Assembly (NCBI GenBank): GCA_029261455.1
Contig: JAJDBH010000116.1
Coordinates: 1,870-65,869 of the forward strand
Origin: Nitrospinaceae bacterium
GTDB lineage: Bacteria; Nitrospinota; Nitrospinia; Nitrospinales; VA-1
Reading direction: 5' to 3'
Length of the DNA: 64,000 bases
The notes under the pieces: model-generated
The model's input: only the letters and a program-made list of their open reading frames with translations
Databases searched by the model: none
Told to the model about the DNA's origin: nothing
Translations under genes and position numbers: made by a program
Shown here: in pieces, positions 37,343 through 47,949 of the stretch
How the letters are laid out: every line of letters starts with the position of its first letter
Numbering within the stretch: the first letter of the stretch is position 1

Positions 37343-39683
37343 AGAAAAAACTGTACATATACTGATCCGAGATTTTTTTGGTGTGGTTGCACTTGCCTTC
37401 ACGGTATTCAGCGTGATGGCGTTGATAACCTTTTCGCCGGACGATCCTTCCTTCAATAAAAGTGTTACAGATGCGAACGTGACAAACTCTGCTGGCATGG
37501 TCGGAGCTTATTTTTCCGATGGTCTGGCTCGTGTTTTTGGAAGCGGCTCGTTTTTCTTCCCGGTGATCACTTTGTTTTTGAGTTGGGCTTTGGTTCGTGG
37601 AAAAGATTTCCATAACCTGCCATTGATATTAAGCTCGGGATTTTTGTTTTTGGTTGGCCTGTGTTCTTTGCTGGCAATTCAGTTTGAGGTTGATCCATTT
37701 TTTGGCTCGGCGGTTCCGGTCGGTGGATTGATCGGTCATGGTCTGGGCGGATTTCTAGTGACCTGGTTGAATGCTTCTGGGGCAGTGCTGACCTTGGTCA
37801 CTTTATTGTTCGTAGCCTTTCTGGTGATGACGCGCATTCCGGTTAATGTGCTGGTAGAGGGAGTAGGGAAAATTTTCAAGGCTCTGGCTACAGCGTCAAT
37901 ATTGACGGGTGTCGGAACAAAAAATATGGTGTTAAAAATTCTATCGTCTTCGCGGAGTATGATCGGAAAATTTCAAACGGTGCGAGAGGAGATGCGGGAG
38001 ATTAATAAAGCGGCTGTGCAGCCAGTGATCGTCACGCGCAATCGTCCTGAGAAGGTTGTGAAAGATGAAGAGAAACCAGGAAAAAAGAAAACCAAGGAAG
38101 AGAAAGCCGAGTTTGTGGTTCAGGATAATTTTGAGTTCATGAGTTCAACGGGCAAATATCAGGTTCCCCCACTTTCACTGCTGGAGGACCCACCGCCGGG
38201 CAGGGACACGCAGGACGATAAAGCCCGGAATGAAATTCTTGCCAGCAGCGCAATTCTGGAAAAAAAATTATTAGATTTTGGCATTGAAGGGCGAGTGGTA
38301 CAGGTGCTGCCTGGTCCAGTCATTACTTTGTTTGAGTATGAACCGGCTCCGGGAATCAAGGTCAGCCGAATAGTTTCTTTGGCGGACGATCTGTCCCTGG
38401 CCTTGCGTTGTGTAGGGCTTCGCATTCTGGCACCCGTACCGGGCAAGCCAGTGGTGGGCATTGAGATTCCCAATACACGGCGCGAGACAATTTATTTTAA
38501 AGATGTCATGACTTCGGATGTGTTTCAGGAATCGGTATCTAAACTCACTCTTGTAATTGGAAAAGATATTACCGGAGAACCGGCAGTGCAGGATCTGGCG
38601 AAGACCCCGCATTTACTCATGGCGGGTTCAACCGGTTCGGGCAAGAGTGTCGGGCTCAACGCTATGATTTGCAGTATCCTTTTGAATGCTACGCCGGATG
38701 AAGTAAAAATGATCATGATTGATCCGAAAATGCTGGAGTTATCGATTTATGATGGTATTCCGCATCTTATTTCTCCGGTGGTGACCAATCCTAAAAAAGC
38801 TGCGGCTGCGCTTCAGTGGGCGGTCAACGAAATGGAATCGCGTTACAAAATGATGGCCGGATGTGGAGTGCGTAATATTAACGGCTTTAACGACCATGCA
38901 GAGAAACTCCAGAAAGAATATGACCTGGAACTTAAGAAACGCGAAATAGCCAATAAAGGGGTCAAGCCTGTCAGTGCTGAAGATGCGGAGGAGGAAGACG
39001 AGGATATCTTGCCGGAACCTCCCGCCAAGCTCCCTTTTGTTGTCATTCTGATTGATGAATTGGCCGATCTTATGATGGTCGCATCCAAAGGAGTGGAAGA
39101 CTCGTTAACCCGGTTGGCGCAGATGGCGCGAGCGGCAGGTATCCATCTGATCGTTGCTACGCAACGTCCTTCAGTGGATGTTTTGACGGGAATCATCAAG
39201 GCAAATTTCCCCACACGCATGTCTTATAAAGTCACTTCGAGAGTGGACTCCAGAACTATTTTGGATGCCATGGGTGCCGACAAACTTCTCGGTAAAGGCG
39301 ATATGTTGTTTCTGCCTCCGGGAACTTCAAAACTTCATCGACTGCATGGTGTTATGGTCAGTGATGAGGAGATACAGCGCATAGTGGACTATATTAAGAA
39401 ACAGGCGAAACCAAATTATCTGGAAGATATTTTCGAGTCGGCTATTGAAGACGGGAATAGTGGCGGAGAAGAGGAAGAACCGTTTGATGAAAAATATGAT
39501 GAAGCGCTTGCCATTGTCGCCAAAGACAGGCAGGCTTCCATTTCTTATATTCAACGGCGTTTAAGAATAGGCTATAATCGGGCTGCACGAATCATTGAAA
39601 CCATGGAGCGAGAAGGGGTGGTGGGTCCGTCTGACGGAGTCAGGCCTCGCGAAGTCTATGTCAGCCCGATCGAAACTGAATAG
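37335..39683 (+). CDS. ftsK: DNA translocase FtsK
   Basis: N-terminal TMs; PHLLMAGSTGSGKS, IDELADLM, ATQRPSVDV and gamma-domain IGYNRAAR. Confidence 0.95.
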   Translation: MSEEKTVHILIRDFFGVVALAFTVFSVMALITFSPDDPSFNKSVTDANVTNSAGMVGAYFSDGLARVFGSGSFFFPVITLFLSWALVRGKDFHNLPLILSSGFLFLVGLCSLLAIQFEVDPFFGSAVPVGGLIGHGLGGFLVTWLNASGAVLTLVTLLFVAFLVMTRIPVNVLVEGVGKIFKALATASILTGVGTKNMVLKILSSSRSMIGKFQTVREEMREINKAAVQPVIVTRNRPEKVVKDEEKPGKKKTKEEKAEFVVQDNFEFMSSTGKYQVPPLSLLEDPPPGRDTQDDKARNEILASSAILEKKLLDFGIEGRVVQVLPGPVITLFEYEPAPGIKVSRIVSLADDLSLALRCVGLRILAPVPGKPVVGIEIPNTRRETIYFKDVMTSDVFQESVSKLTLVIGKDITGEPAVQDLAKTPHLLMAGSTGSGKSVGLNAMICSILLNATPDEVKMIMIDPKMLELSIYDGIPHLISPVVTNPKKAAAALQWAVNEMESRYKMMAGCGVRNINGFNDHAEKLQKEYDLELKKREIANKGVKPVSAEDAEEEDEDILPEPPAKLPFVVILIDELADLMMVASKGVEDSLTRLAQMARAAGIHLIVATQRPSVDVLTGIIKANFPTRMSYKVTSRVDSRTILDAMGADKLLGKGDMLFLPPGTSKLHRLHGVMVSDEEIQRIVDYIKKQAKPNYLEDIFESAIEDGNSGGEEEEPFDEKYDEALAIVAKDRQASISYIQRRLRIGYNRAARIIETMEREGVVGPSDGVRPREVYVSPIETE

Positions 39684-40563
39684 AGTTTTCTGCAAATTTG
39701 TTGTCCAGTTCGCGCTGGTTCTTTTTGTTGTATTTTTTGCAGTGCAAGCCAGTCTCGCGGGTATTTTTTCTTATCGGGATGACAAAGGCGCGATCCATTT
39801 CACCGATGATATCTCCAAAATTCCCAAACAGTACCGCGACAACGAACAAGGCGTTCGCAAGCACCGTGAGGCCCGAGGTGCGTATCGGGCAACTCCAAAA
39901 CCTTCTGCCGCTATAGAACTTCCCGGATCAGTTTCATCAAATGGGGAAGTCCAGATTCCTCTCATACCCGCTGGTGGTGGCAACTTTCTTGTTGATACCA
40001 TTCTCAATGGTCGCGTCAAGGCCCGGTTAATGCTGGATACTGGCGCCTCCCTCATCACACTTACTGAAGAAATCGGCAATAAACTAGGGATATCACCTTA
40101 CTCTGGTGCTGCCGAGTTGCCTTTCAATACTGCGGGTGGGGAAGATTGGATGCCGCTGGTGGCGCTCGATATGGTTGCGGTAGGTTCTGCCGAAACCCGG
40201 TTGGTTGAAGCGTCTATCAACAGCCACATTAAAGGAATTGATGGATTGCTGGGAATGAGTTTTCTTGGCGACTTCCGTTTTGAAATCGACCGCACTAATA
40301 AACGCCTCACTTTAAAACCGCCGCAAAATCAGAATGAATTAGTTTGGGATGGTAAGCCGGGAAATTGGTGGAAAAGTCGGTTCGAACATTATGACACGAC
40401 CATCAAGGGTTATTCTTCCCGTGCAAGTTTTCTTCAGCGACGTGGGCATGCAAAGGCTCCGAACATGCAAAAGACCGTGGATTTTTACAAAAAACTGCGG
40501 CAAAAATTAGAAACCCGGGCTTCCATTTCCGGTGTGCCGGCTCGGTTCCGGCCGTCCTCGTAA
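39658..40563 (+). CDS. exported DUF4124 plus retropepsin-like (clan AA) aspartic protease
   Basis: Signal peptide, YRDDKGAIHFTDD, catalytic LDTGAS and DGLLGMSFL; start uncertain. Confidence 0.8.
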   Translation: MSARSKLNRVFCKFVVQFALVLFVVFFAVQASLAGIFSYRDDKGAIHFTDDISKIPKQYRDNEQGVRKHREARGAYRATPKPSAAIELPGSVSSNGEVQIPLIPAGGGNFLVDTILNGRVKARLMLDTGASLITLTEEIGNKLGISPYSGAAELPFNTAGGEDWMPLVALDMVAVGSAETRLVEASINSHIKGIDGLLGMSFLGDFRFEIDRTNKRLTLKPPQNQNELVWDGKPGNWWKSRFEHYDTTIKGYSSRASFLQRRGHAKAPNMQKTVDFYKKLRQKLETRASISGVPARFRPSS

Positions 40564-40569
40564 GGGGCC

Positions 40570-41334
40570 ATGCAAGGTTCTCAACATGACCGGTTTCTCT
40601 TTGTCTTGTTAGGTGCCAGTAATCTGGCGCGAGGCTACTCCGCTTTGACCCGCCAGATATCCAAGAATATTTCAGCAAGTGAGTTTATCAATGCGTTGGG
40701 TCCGGGCCGGGGTTATTGTGCTCGCGGAGGACTGTTCAATTTCACCTATTCCCCCATTGGCGAATGTCGGGTCATGGAGTCCGCTAAAGTTTATGCGGAA
40801 AGTGGTTTTCGGATGACGGTGCTCTTGACGGATGTCGGCAACGACATCATGTATGGAAGCCCTGAGTCCTTGCTCATCGAATGTCTGGATACTCTGATCG
40901 AAAAATCCCTGGGATTGAATGCTGAAGTTTTTGTGACTTCCATCCATGTGGATGTCTCCAAAGATATGAGCAAGACGTCTTTCAAATTATTGAAATCCAT
41001 CTTTTATCCAAACAGTCCGGTGAGCTTTGATCAGGCTGATTCGGCGGTGAAAAAGCTGAATCATTATCTTGCGGAAAAATCTAAGCAAAATGAGCGAGTC
41101 CATTTAGTGAGCGGACTGGGCGCATTCTGCGGTATGGATAAAATCCATTTCGGCCTGTTCAAAGGTCATCTTGCCTGGTCACGGGTCGGGAACGCAATGC
41201 TAATGGAGATGGGTGTGACTCCGGCTGGAAATATAGGGCTTGGTTCCATATTAGTCTCCTTACTCAAAAACCTCAACCGCCTGATTACTTCTGACATGTT
41301 GAGAGTTATAAAAAAGCCAACAGGATTTTTCTAG
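40570..41334 (+). CDS. SGNH/GDSL-like hydrolase
   Basis: LLGASN (block I), DVGND (block III) and DKIH (block V). Confidence 0.55.
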   Translation: MQGSQHDRFLFVLLGASNLARGYSALTRQISKNISASEFINALGPGRGYCARGGLFNFTYSPIGECRVMESAKVYAESGFRMTVLLTDVGNDIMYGSPESLLIECLDTLIEKSLGLNAEVFVTSIHVDVSKDMSKTSFKLLKSIFYPNSPVSFDQADSAVKKLNHYLAEKSKQNERVHLVSGLGAFCGMDKIHFGLFKGHLAWSRVGNAMLMEMGVTPAGNIGLGSILVSLLKNLNRLITSDMLRVIKKPTGFF

Positions 41335-41343
41335 GAATTTTTT

Positions 41344-42090
41344 ATGGGATATTGTTTTGCGGTCATCCGAATAGGAATGTATGCCCTGGTGTTTGGGGTG
41401 TTCGTGCTAATCGGAGCGTGCGGGCATGTTTTGTTTTTTATGTCACCGCCACGGTTATTAAGGTGGATCGCTTATTTCGCGCAAGTGTGGGCTCGCGTGA
41501 CCTGTAGGGTTCTAAATATCCAAGTGCGGATTGAGGGAAATGCTGCTATAAAACCGGGATCGCTGATCGTTGCGAACCATATAGGTTCGCCGGATATTTT
41601 TGTTTTGGGCGCAACTTTTAAAGGATTTTTTGTCTCAAAATCCGAGATCGCCGACTGGCCGTTGTTTGGTTGGCTGGTACGATTGGGGAAGACTGTATTC
41701 GCCGACCGGAGCAAACGCCATCAGGTAAAAACTCTCATCGGGGAAATTAAGCAGCGATTAAACAGTGGGCATAATGTGATCCTGTTTCCCGAAGCCCAGG
41801 CGACGGATGGAACCGATGTGGTGCCTTTCAAATCGGCGGTTTTTGAGTCGGCGGTTCTTGCGAGCCGTCCTGTCGTGCCTGTGGAGATTTGCTATCATGA
41901 CGATCATCAGCCGACCATTGCCTATTACGGAGATAGCTTCATCAGCCATATTATGACTTTACTGAAAGCGCCACGGCTTTTAGCGACGGTAACGGTCCTT
42001 CCTGAAATTTCAGCAGGTGAGGATCGGCAAACTCTGGCAGAAAAAAGTTATAAGGCCATTCACGATAAGCATATGTCTAATAACGGGTAA
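41344..42090 (+). CDS. lysophospholipid acyltransferase (PlsC family)
   Basis: NHIGSPD (HX4D), FPEA and PFKS motifs. Confidence 0.85.
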   Translation: MGYCFAVIRIGMYALVFGVFVLIGACGHVLFFMSPPRLLRWIAYFAQVWARVTCRVLNIQVRIEGNAAIKPGSLIVANHIGSPDIFVLGATFKGFFVSKSEIADWPLFGWLVRLGKTVFADRSKRHQVKTLIGEIKQRLNSGHNVILFPEAQATDGTDVVPFKSAVFESAVLASRPVVPVEICYHDDHQPTIAYYGDSFISHIMTLLKAPRLLATVTVLPEISAGEDRQTLAEKSYKAIHDKHMSNNG

Positions 42091-42206
42091 TGTTTTTATG
42101 ATGGACTTTAAAATCAAAATGACGTTACATTAGTCCCACTTAAAGGCAAGATTAAGCCGTGGCAATTTACCAGTGGAGGTAATCCACTTTTTTCAAGGGA
42201 TTTAAA

Positions 42207-42713
42207 ATGATCCATCCTTTTAAAGGTAAGAAACCTGAGATCGACGACTCTTCTCTAGTTGTAGACAGTGCGCAGATCATTGGTGATGTGAAGATTGGTG
42301 AAGAGAGTAGTGTGTGGTTCAACGCGGTGATTCGCGGCGATGTCAATCATATCCGCATTGGCAAGCGCACGAATATTCAGGATGGTTGTGTTCTGCATGT
42401 GGCGCGTAAAACCCTGCCACTGATTATTGGCGATGAAGTGACAGTGGGGCACAACGTCACCTTGCACGCCTGCACGATTGGATCGCAATGCTTGATAGGC
42501 ATGGGCGCGATTGTTATGGATGGAACGGAGGTGGGGGAGCAGTCCATTGTCGGTGCGGGTTCTCTAGTGACCCCGAACACGAAGGTTCCCCCGAAGAGCC
42601 TTGTGCTGGGATCTCCAGCGAAGGTAAAGCGGGAATTGACCGATGAAGAAATTCGCGGTATCCGCGAATCGGCAGCCAATTATGTTGGCGATATTGAAAC
42701 TTACCTCGATTAA
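42207..42713 (+). CDS. gamma carbonic anhydrase family protein (YrdA-like)
   Basis: IRGDVN, TNIQDGCVLH, VGHNVTLHAC and hexapeptide repeats. Confidence 0.9.
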   Translation: MIHPFKGKKPEIDDSSLVVDSAQIIGDVKIGEESSVWFNAVIRGDVNHIRIGKRTNIQDGCVLHVARKTLPLIIGDEVTVGHNVTLHACTIGSQCLIGMGAIVMDGTEVGEQSIVGAGSLVTPNTKVPPKSLVLGSPAKVKRELTDEEIRGIRESAANYVGDIETYLD

Positions 42714-42718
42714 AACTG

Positions 42719-43600
42719 ATGACTGAATCTGCCCCGTTCAAGGTTCCCATTGCGGTGCTTGGTGGCAGTGGGGCCTACCATCTTCTTACTGGTCAGGCCC
42801 TTGGCCAGGAAAAGGACTGTCAAGTTCTGCAAACTCCTTATGGCAAAAGCGCACCCATTCACCATTTCAGTTCTGAAAGCCAGGATTTTTTATTTTTATC
42901 GCGTCACGGTGAAACCGATTATTCCCTCACCGCGCCCTTTGTCAATTACCGCGCTAATATTTATGCTCTGAGGCAATGCGGGGTCGAGCGGGTGATAGCG
43001 TGGTCGGGTCCGGGAATCATCAACACCACTTTCAAGCCGGGAGATTTTGTGGTGCCGAACGATATCATCGACGAAACGAGAAATAGGGAGACTACATTTT
43101 TTAAGGATCAAGGGATCGGGTTCATCCGCATGAACGAACCTTTTTGTCCGCAAATTGCTTCAGCCCTGCACGATATTTTGCATTCAAGCGGACTACCTCA
43201 TCATGAGCAAGCGGTATATGCCTGTACAGAAGGACCCCGTTTGGAAACCCCGGCAGAGATCCGTAAACTGCGTTTACTGGGTGCCGACTTGGTGGGCATG
43301 ACTCTGGCGCCGGAAGCCTTCCTGGCTCGGGAAATGGAAATGTGCTACACGCCGTTCTGCTATTTGACCAATTATGCCGAAGGGGTGAAACCCCGAGAGT
43401 TTAAAAAGGGAGAATTGTTTGAAGGGATGCAAACCGAAGAGGAACGAAAACAGGTTGACGCGGCAATACAAAAATTTCCTCAATTGATCGGAACGGTATT
43501 TGAAAGATTGCAAGGTATTGATCGAACTTGCAACTGCCCGGAGGCCCTACGGCGTTACAAGGATAAAGGCATGCTACCGTGCGAGAGAAATTTGCAATGA
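42719..43600 (+). CDS. MTAP-family nucleoside phosphorylase (possibly MTI/6-oxopurine type)
   Basis: GGSG, SRHG, NYRANIYAL, EGPRLETPAE, VGMT and TNYAEG. Confidence 0.85.
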   Translation: MTESAPFKVPIAVLGGSGAYHLLTGQALGQEKDCQVLQTPYGKSAPIHHFSSESQDFLFLSRHGETDYSLTAPFVNYRANIYALRQCGVERVIAWSGPGIINTTFKPGDFVVPNDIIDETRNRETTFFKDQGIGFIRMNEPFCPQIASALHDILHSSGLPHHEQAVYACTEGPRLETPAEIRKLRLLGADLVGMTLAPEAFLAREMEMCYTPFCYLTNYAEGVKPREFKKGELFEGMQTEEERKQVDAAIQKFPQLIGTVFERLQGIDRTCNCPEALRRYKDKGMLPCERNLQ

Positions 43601-43668
43601 CTCATTCAATCGGGCTATCTCGTTGCTTACCAGTGCAAGTTTTTGCTAATTGCCTCTACGGCTAGTAG

Positions 43669-43959
43669 TTAGTCGGGCCAAGCTTCGAATCCGCCGGTCA
43701 TGCTATAAACTTCTTTGAACCCTTGTTGTGAAAGGTATTCGGCGGCACCACGACTGGAGTTGCCGTGGTAACAGCAAACGATCAGAGGTTTTTCCTTATC
43801 GGTAGTTTCGATATACTCTTTCACATTGCCATCGTTCAGGGAAACTGCGTTGGGAATGTGCCCGGCAGCGTATGACCCGGGGTCTCGAATGTCGACTACA
43901 TTCGCCGAATCTTCTTCAACCATTTCTTGTGCTTTTTGAGCCGCAATTTCTTTAAACAT
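43669..43959 (-). CDS. glpE: single-domain rhodanese (GlpE-like)
   Basis: DIRDPGSYAAGHIPNA, CYHGNSS and GGFEAW. Confidence 0.85.
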   Translation of the reverse strand: MFKEIAAQKAQEMVEEDSANVVDIRDPGSYAAGHIPNAVSLNDGNVKEYIETTDKEKPLIVCCYHGNSSRGAAEYLSQQGFKEVYSMTGGFEAWPD

Positions 43960-44030
43960 GGTTTGTAGTCCTTTATGAAGTTAAGATATCTGTGTATATG
44001 ATGACTCACTTTTAAAAAAGTTCCAATAAA

Positions 44031-44702
44031 ATGCCACTTTCTGAGTTGGAAACAAAATTTAATAGCGCGAAAGAAAAAGCTTCTCCAGTTGAAATGGTGG
44101 AAGCAATCATTCCATTGGCCAATGCTTACCAGCAAGTGCGAAAGTATGATTCTGCCGTACATTGTTTGCAGACAGCGTTACCGATTATTCGGGAAAAGGG
44201 AGAGGCCGATCAGGAGGCGGTGATTTTGACTGCGCTTGGAACGGCTTTCTGGGAAAAAGCTCAATTGCAAAAAGCATTGGACCAGTTCAGTCTGGCTTTG
44301 AGTTTGTTTAAAAAGTCCGGTGACAAGATGGGCGAGAGGGCTATTTTTGCGATGGTAGGCGTTACGTTCTGGCGGAAGTGTGAATGGCAAAGGGCATTAG
44401 AAATTTTTACTGACGTGTGGAGCGAGGCCGACGGACTGAAAATTGATGATCGGTTTGCTTCCGTGCAAGGAGCATTGGAAAGAGGAACAGTCACTTTGCA
44501 GAATCGGGTGCGGATGGGGCGCGAGCTTCAAGACGCATTGAAAATTCTTCAGCCTCTGTTTTCCGTATGTGTTTTGTATCGGACGTTGGGAGACCGTGAG
44601 CAATTTGACCTTTGCTTTGATGAAGCTGTGGCTTTAGCAGAATCTTTAAATAAAACTGATATCCTCAATGCCGCTAAAGACTTAAGTCAGTTGGTGAACT
44701 GA
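44031..44702 (+). CDS. TPR-containing protein
   Basis: Helical repeats LANAYQQ..., LGTAFWEK... and VGVTFWRK... Confidence 0.7.
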   Translation: MPLSELETKFNSAKEKASPVEMVEAIIPLANAYQQVRKYDSAVHCLQTALPIIREKGEADQEAVILTALGTAFWEKAQLQKALDQFSLALSLFKKSGDKMGERAIFAMVGVTFWRKCEWQRALEIFTDVWSEADGLKIDDRFASVQGALERGTVTLQNRVRMGRELQDALKILQPLFSVCVLYRTLGDREQFDLCFDEAVALAESLNKTDILNAAKDLSQLVN

Positions 44703-45606
44703 TATTGAACCAGGTCAGTTCGTTTTTGTTGTGGAACAGGTGCCGCACCTGACTACCGGGGATGGCGGCAAACTTGTCAGCGATTAGAAGATCGGGTTTG
44801 CCTTTAAATTTAATCGTGCAGATGAAGTTTTTACAGATGCCCGATTCCACCCATTTTAGTATCCACTCATAAAGTTTTTCCGGGTAACAAATAACATCCG
44901 AGAACAGCCAATCAATGCGGCGACCTTTAAATTCCTCCGGCATCAGCGTGAAAGCATCGCGTTTCTGAAACGAGACTCCCGGCAATTTAGCGACGGATGG
45001 AGAAAGCGGGGAACGGTCGATACTCAAAACCTCCGCGCCGCATTGGTTCACCACCCAAGCCCACCCACCTGGACTACCCCCTACATCTATACAAAACTCC
45101 CCCGGTTGTGGTGTTGTGCCAGTTAGAGTGAGAGCTTCATAAAGTTTTAAGTAAGCGCGATTGGGCGGACCATTTTTATCTTCGACAAAATGTGCTTCTC
45201 CGTTCGGAAGAGGATTCGAACAATCTGCCGAGGCGAGCAATGTGTTTTCATCCAGCAGGGTGAAGCTCCCTAAAGGGGAAGTTGATAATGGAGAAGGAAA
45301 ACTCTTAGGTTTAGAGTTCACTGGCGGAAGTTTATCCAGAATCAGTCTGGCTCTGCGGTGCAGGGTGTGCGAATAAAGGCACCAGTTCCGCTGAATAGTT
45401 TTCAATTGTTTTGCCGCATCGTTGATCGATTCGATATGGAGAATTTGGGGATTGCGCCAGATATTCTGTGCCCAGTGAGCATTTTTTACAGGTTTGGAGG
45501 AAAGCACCAATTGATCGTGGATGCCTGTAGTTCCTTCCAGTTCTTGAAGCAAGGGATCGAGAAACCCTTCCGGTGCGAGATAAGCTGATTTAATTTCACG
45601 AGTCAT
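44674..45606 (-). CDS. RlmM/FtsJ-like SAM-dependent RNA methyltransferase
   Basis: PPNRAYLKLYEA, DVGGSPGGW, DWLFSD, TIKF and HNKNELT. Confidence 0.75.
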   Translation of the reverse strand: MTREIKSAYLAPEGFLDPLLQELEGTTGIHDQLVLSSKPVKNAHWAQNIWRNPQILHIESINDAAKQLKTIQRNWCLYSHTLHRRARLILDKLPPVNSKPKSFPSPLSTSPLGSFTLLDENTLLASADCSNPLPNGEAHFVEDKNGPPNRAYLKLYEALTLTGTTPQPGEFCIDVGGSPGGWAWVVNQCGAEVLSIDRSPLSPSVAKLPGVSFQKRDAFTLMPEEFKGRRIDWLFSDVICYPEKLYEWILKWVESGICKNFICTIKFKGKPDLLIADKFAAIPGSQVRHLFHNKNELTWFNISSPTDLSL

Positions 45607-46034
45607 GGAATGGGATGATACCGGTTGGCATAGATTAGCTCAAGCTTTAAGGTTATGACTATCTTAAGCTAAGGGTTGCTATTTGGTTTTCAGGGTGAAA
45701 GATAAAAGGTTTTTTCTGCAATCTGGTAGCCAGGATTGAAAGAAGATGCCTTTAAGCCCTCAAAACATCCGAATATCAATATTCTGTCTGTGTGGAGCTT
45801 GTTCTTGAGTTTTAGTATGGTTGAGGTCCGCATATATCCCTATAGGGAAAATAATGAAGCTTGGTGAAACTCGGTCAGATTGTAATAAGGTAAAAAAAAC
45901 AAGTATTTAGCGATAAAAATAAAAAAATGTATTATAATGCGTGTCAGATTTTGACGTACAGGATTATTTTTTTTTATTGACCTAGAATTAGGTCGCAAGA
46001 GTTTGAGAGTTAACTCAGTAAGAGAGGTAAGGTA

Positions 46035-47255
46035 TTGATTAATATCCCTATCGACCTGCATGCCTTTGTCGAAAGTTTGATGGTTAATGTTTTTATTGCA
46101 GATAAGGACTTCAATATCGTTTTTATGAATGCCTGCGCCAGAAAATCCCTAAAAGCTGTTGAGCCAACTCTTCAGGATGAATTTAAGATAAATATTGACG
46201 ATATCCTTGGTGAGCCCATTCACCGATTTCACAGAGATCCCGGAAAAGTTGAGGCAATTCTGACAAATCCTTCGATGCTTCCTCATCAAGCCGAGTTTGA
46301 ATTTGGAGGCATTACTTTAAGGTCTGAGATCAATGCTATTCCAGATAAATCAGGACAGTTGGCAGGCTATGTGGTGAATTGGGTAGATGTTACGGAGAGT
46401 ACTAGTCTGGAAAGAAACCTGAAGATTAAACTGAAGGAATTACACGATGTTAATCAGAAGTTACTAAAGCATACCCGGCAAACAGAACAAGATGAGATAG
46501 AGTTGAAAGAGGTCTATGCAGAGCAGCATAAAATGCATGCCTATCTGAATACTAAATTAGCGGAACTGAAACAAAGTAATCAGGATCTGGAAAGCTTTGC
46601 CACCATTGCCTCGCACGATTTAATGGCCCCGGTTAGAAAAATCATAAACTTTACCGAAACATTGCTTGAAAGTGGCACCCGTTTTACTAAAGAAGATGAA
46701 TTTATACTGGATAAAGTATTGCGTGCTGGAAAGAAAATGCACCTGTTGATCGATGATATTTTGGGATACTCCCGGTTAGCAGGTCATTCCGTTACTTTTG
46801 ACAGGGTTAACCTGAACGATGTCATGTCCGAAGTTAAGGCTGTTTTGTCGGACCAAATTAGGGCAGTAAACGGTGAGGTTGAGAGTGAGTCGTTACCCAT
46901 CATCGAAGCCAATAAGGCCCAAATGGTGCAGTTGTTACAAAACCTGATTTCCAATTCTCTCAAATACCGGAAGGAAAATATTCCTCCTGAGGTGAAAATT
47001 TCATCCACTGTGGGAGATGAAGGGTTTATAACAATTTGTTTGAAGGATAATGGTATGGGAATCAAGGATGAATATGCAGACCTTGTATTCCAGCCTTTTG
47101 AGAGGCTCAACCCCCAGATAGAGGGAGCTGGTATGGGGCTTGCCATTTGTAAAAAGGTTGTGGTCAGCCACGGAGGAGATATAGCAGTAAAGAGCCTTCC
47201 GGGTGAGGGTGGATCTATGTTTAATATTAAACTTCCAGAAAGGCATGGCAAATGA
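46035..47255 (+). CDS. cytoplasmic sensor histidine kinase with an Aer2-like PAS domain
   Basis: PAS: NVFIADKDFNIVFMN..HRFHRDP..NWVDVT. Kinase: ASHDLMAP, NLISNSLKY, DNGMG and GAGMGL. Confidence 0.9.
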   Translation: MINIPIDLHAFVESLMVNVFIADKDFNIVFMNACARKSLKAVEPTLQDEFKINIDDILGEPIHRFHRDPGKVEAILTNPSMLPHQAEFEFGGITLRSEINAIPDKSGQLAGYVVNWVDVTESTSLERNLKIKLKELHDVNQKLLKHTRQTEQDEIELKEVYAEQHKMHAYLNTKLAELKQSNQDLESFATIASHDLMAPVRKIINFTETLLESGTRFTKEDEFILDKVLRAGKKMHLLIDDILGYSRLAGHSVTFDRVNLNDVMSEVKAVLSDQIRAVNGEVESESLPIIEANKAQMVQLLQNLISNSLKYRKENIPPEVKISSTVGDEGFITICLKDNGMGIKDEYADLVFQPFERLNPQIEGAGMGLAICKKVVVSHGGDIAVKSLPGEGGSMFNIKLPERHGK

Positions 47256-47707
47256 CTAAATCGGTTAAAAGCCTTAAAGACAGGGTGACGGTATTGGTGG
47301 TGGAGGATGATGCCGACGATTTCAGTTTATTGGAAGGCACGGTGAAAAACTGTTGTGATAAAGCTTTAATACACTGGGTACAGGATGGTGATAAAGCGAT
47401 AGACTATTTGTTCCAGAAGGGGGAATACCAGGATGTAACTCTATACCCTGAGCCGGGTCTGATTTTTCTGGATATCAGAGTTCCCAAGAAAAACGGATTA
47501 GAGATTGCCAAAATCATCAAGAATGACCCACGTTTGAAAAAGGTTCCGACAATCATGTTGACCACCTCTTCTTCCTCCTCAGATGTTTTACTTGCTTATG
47601 AAAATGGAGCTAACAGCTACTTCAAAAAACCAGAAGGTTCTGAAGAAATGGAACAATTTAAAAAAGCCATCAGCCTTTTCTGGTCCTCGGTCCTGCTTTA
47701 TCCCTAG
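47252..47707 (+). CDS. single-domain response regulator (Rcp1-like)
   Basis: VEDD, DGDKAIDYL, FLDIRVPKKNG, MLTTS and GANSYFKKP; overlaps the kinase stop codon. Confidence 0.9.
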   Translation: MTKSVKSLKDRVTVLVVEDDADDFSLLEGTVKNCCDKALIHWVQDGDKAIDYLFQKGEYQDVTLYPEPGLIFLDIRVPKKNGLEIAKIIKNDPRLKKVPTIMLTTSSSSSDVLLAYENGANSYFKKPEGSEEMEQFKKAISLFWSSVLLYP

Positions 47708-47949
47708 AGAAAGTTTTGGCAGGCTCACCACAAATTTAAGTGATGTTACCTTCTCCTTTGGCAAATGCAGGTTATTTTTCGCCTAATCCCTTGACGATAT
47801 TTAGATGAGACTTGAATCAGATTCCTGAGCAGGATACTATGTATCTCAATAAAATTAGGCTAGTCCAATTCTCTATAATAGTTTTTAAATAACCTGCTTG
47901 CAGATCCCCAATAATTTGTGAATTAGACACGGGATACCAGGACTTTTTG

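Noticed and set aside
45625-45640. sigma54 promoter TTGGCATAGATTAGCT upstream of the PAS kinase
   Set aside because: GG-GC spacing is 9 nt, not the required 10.
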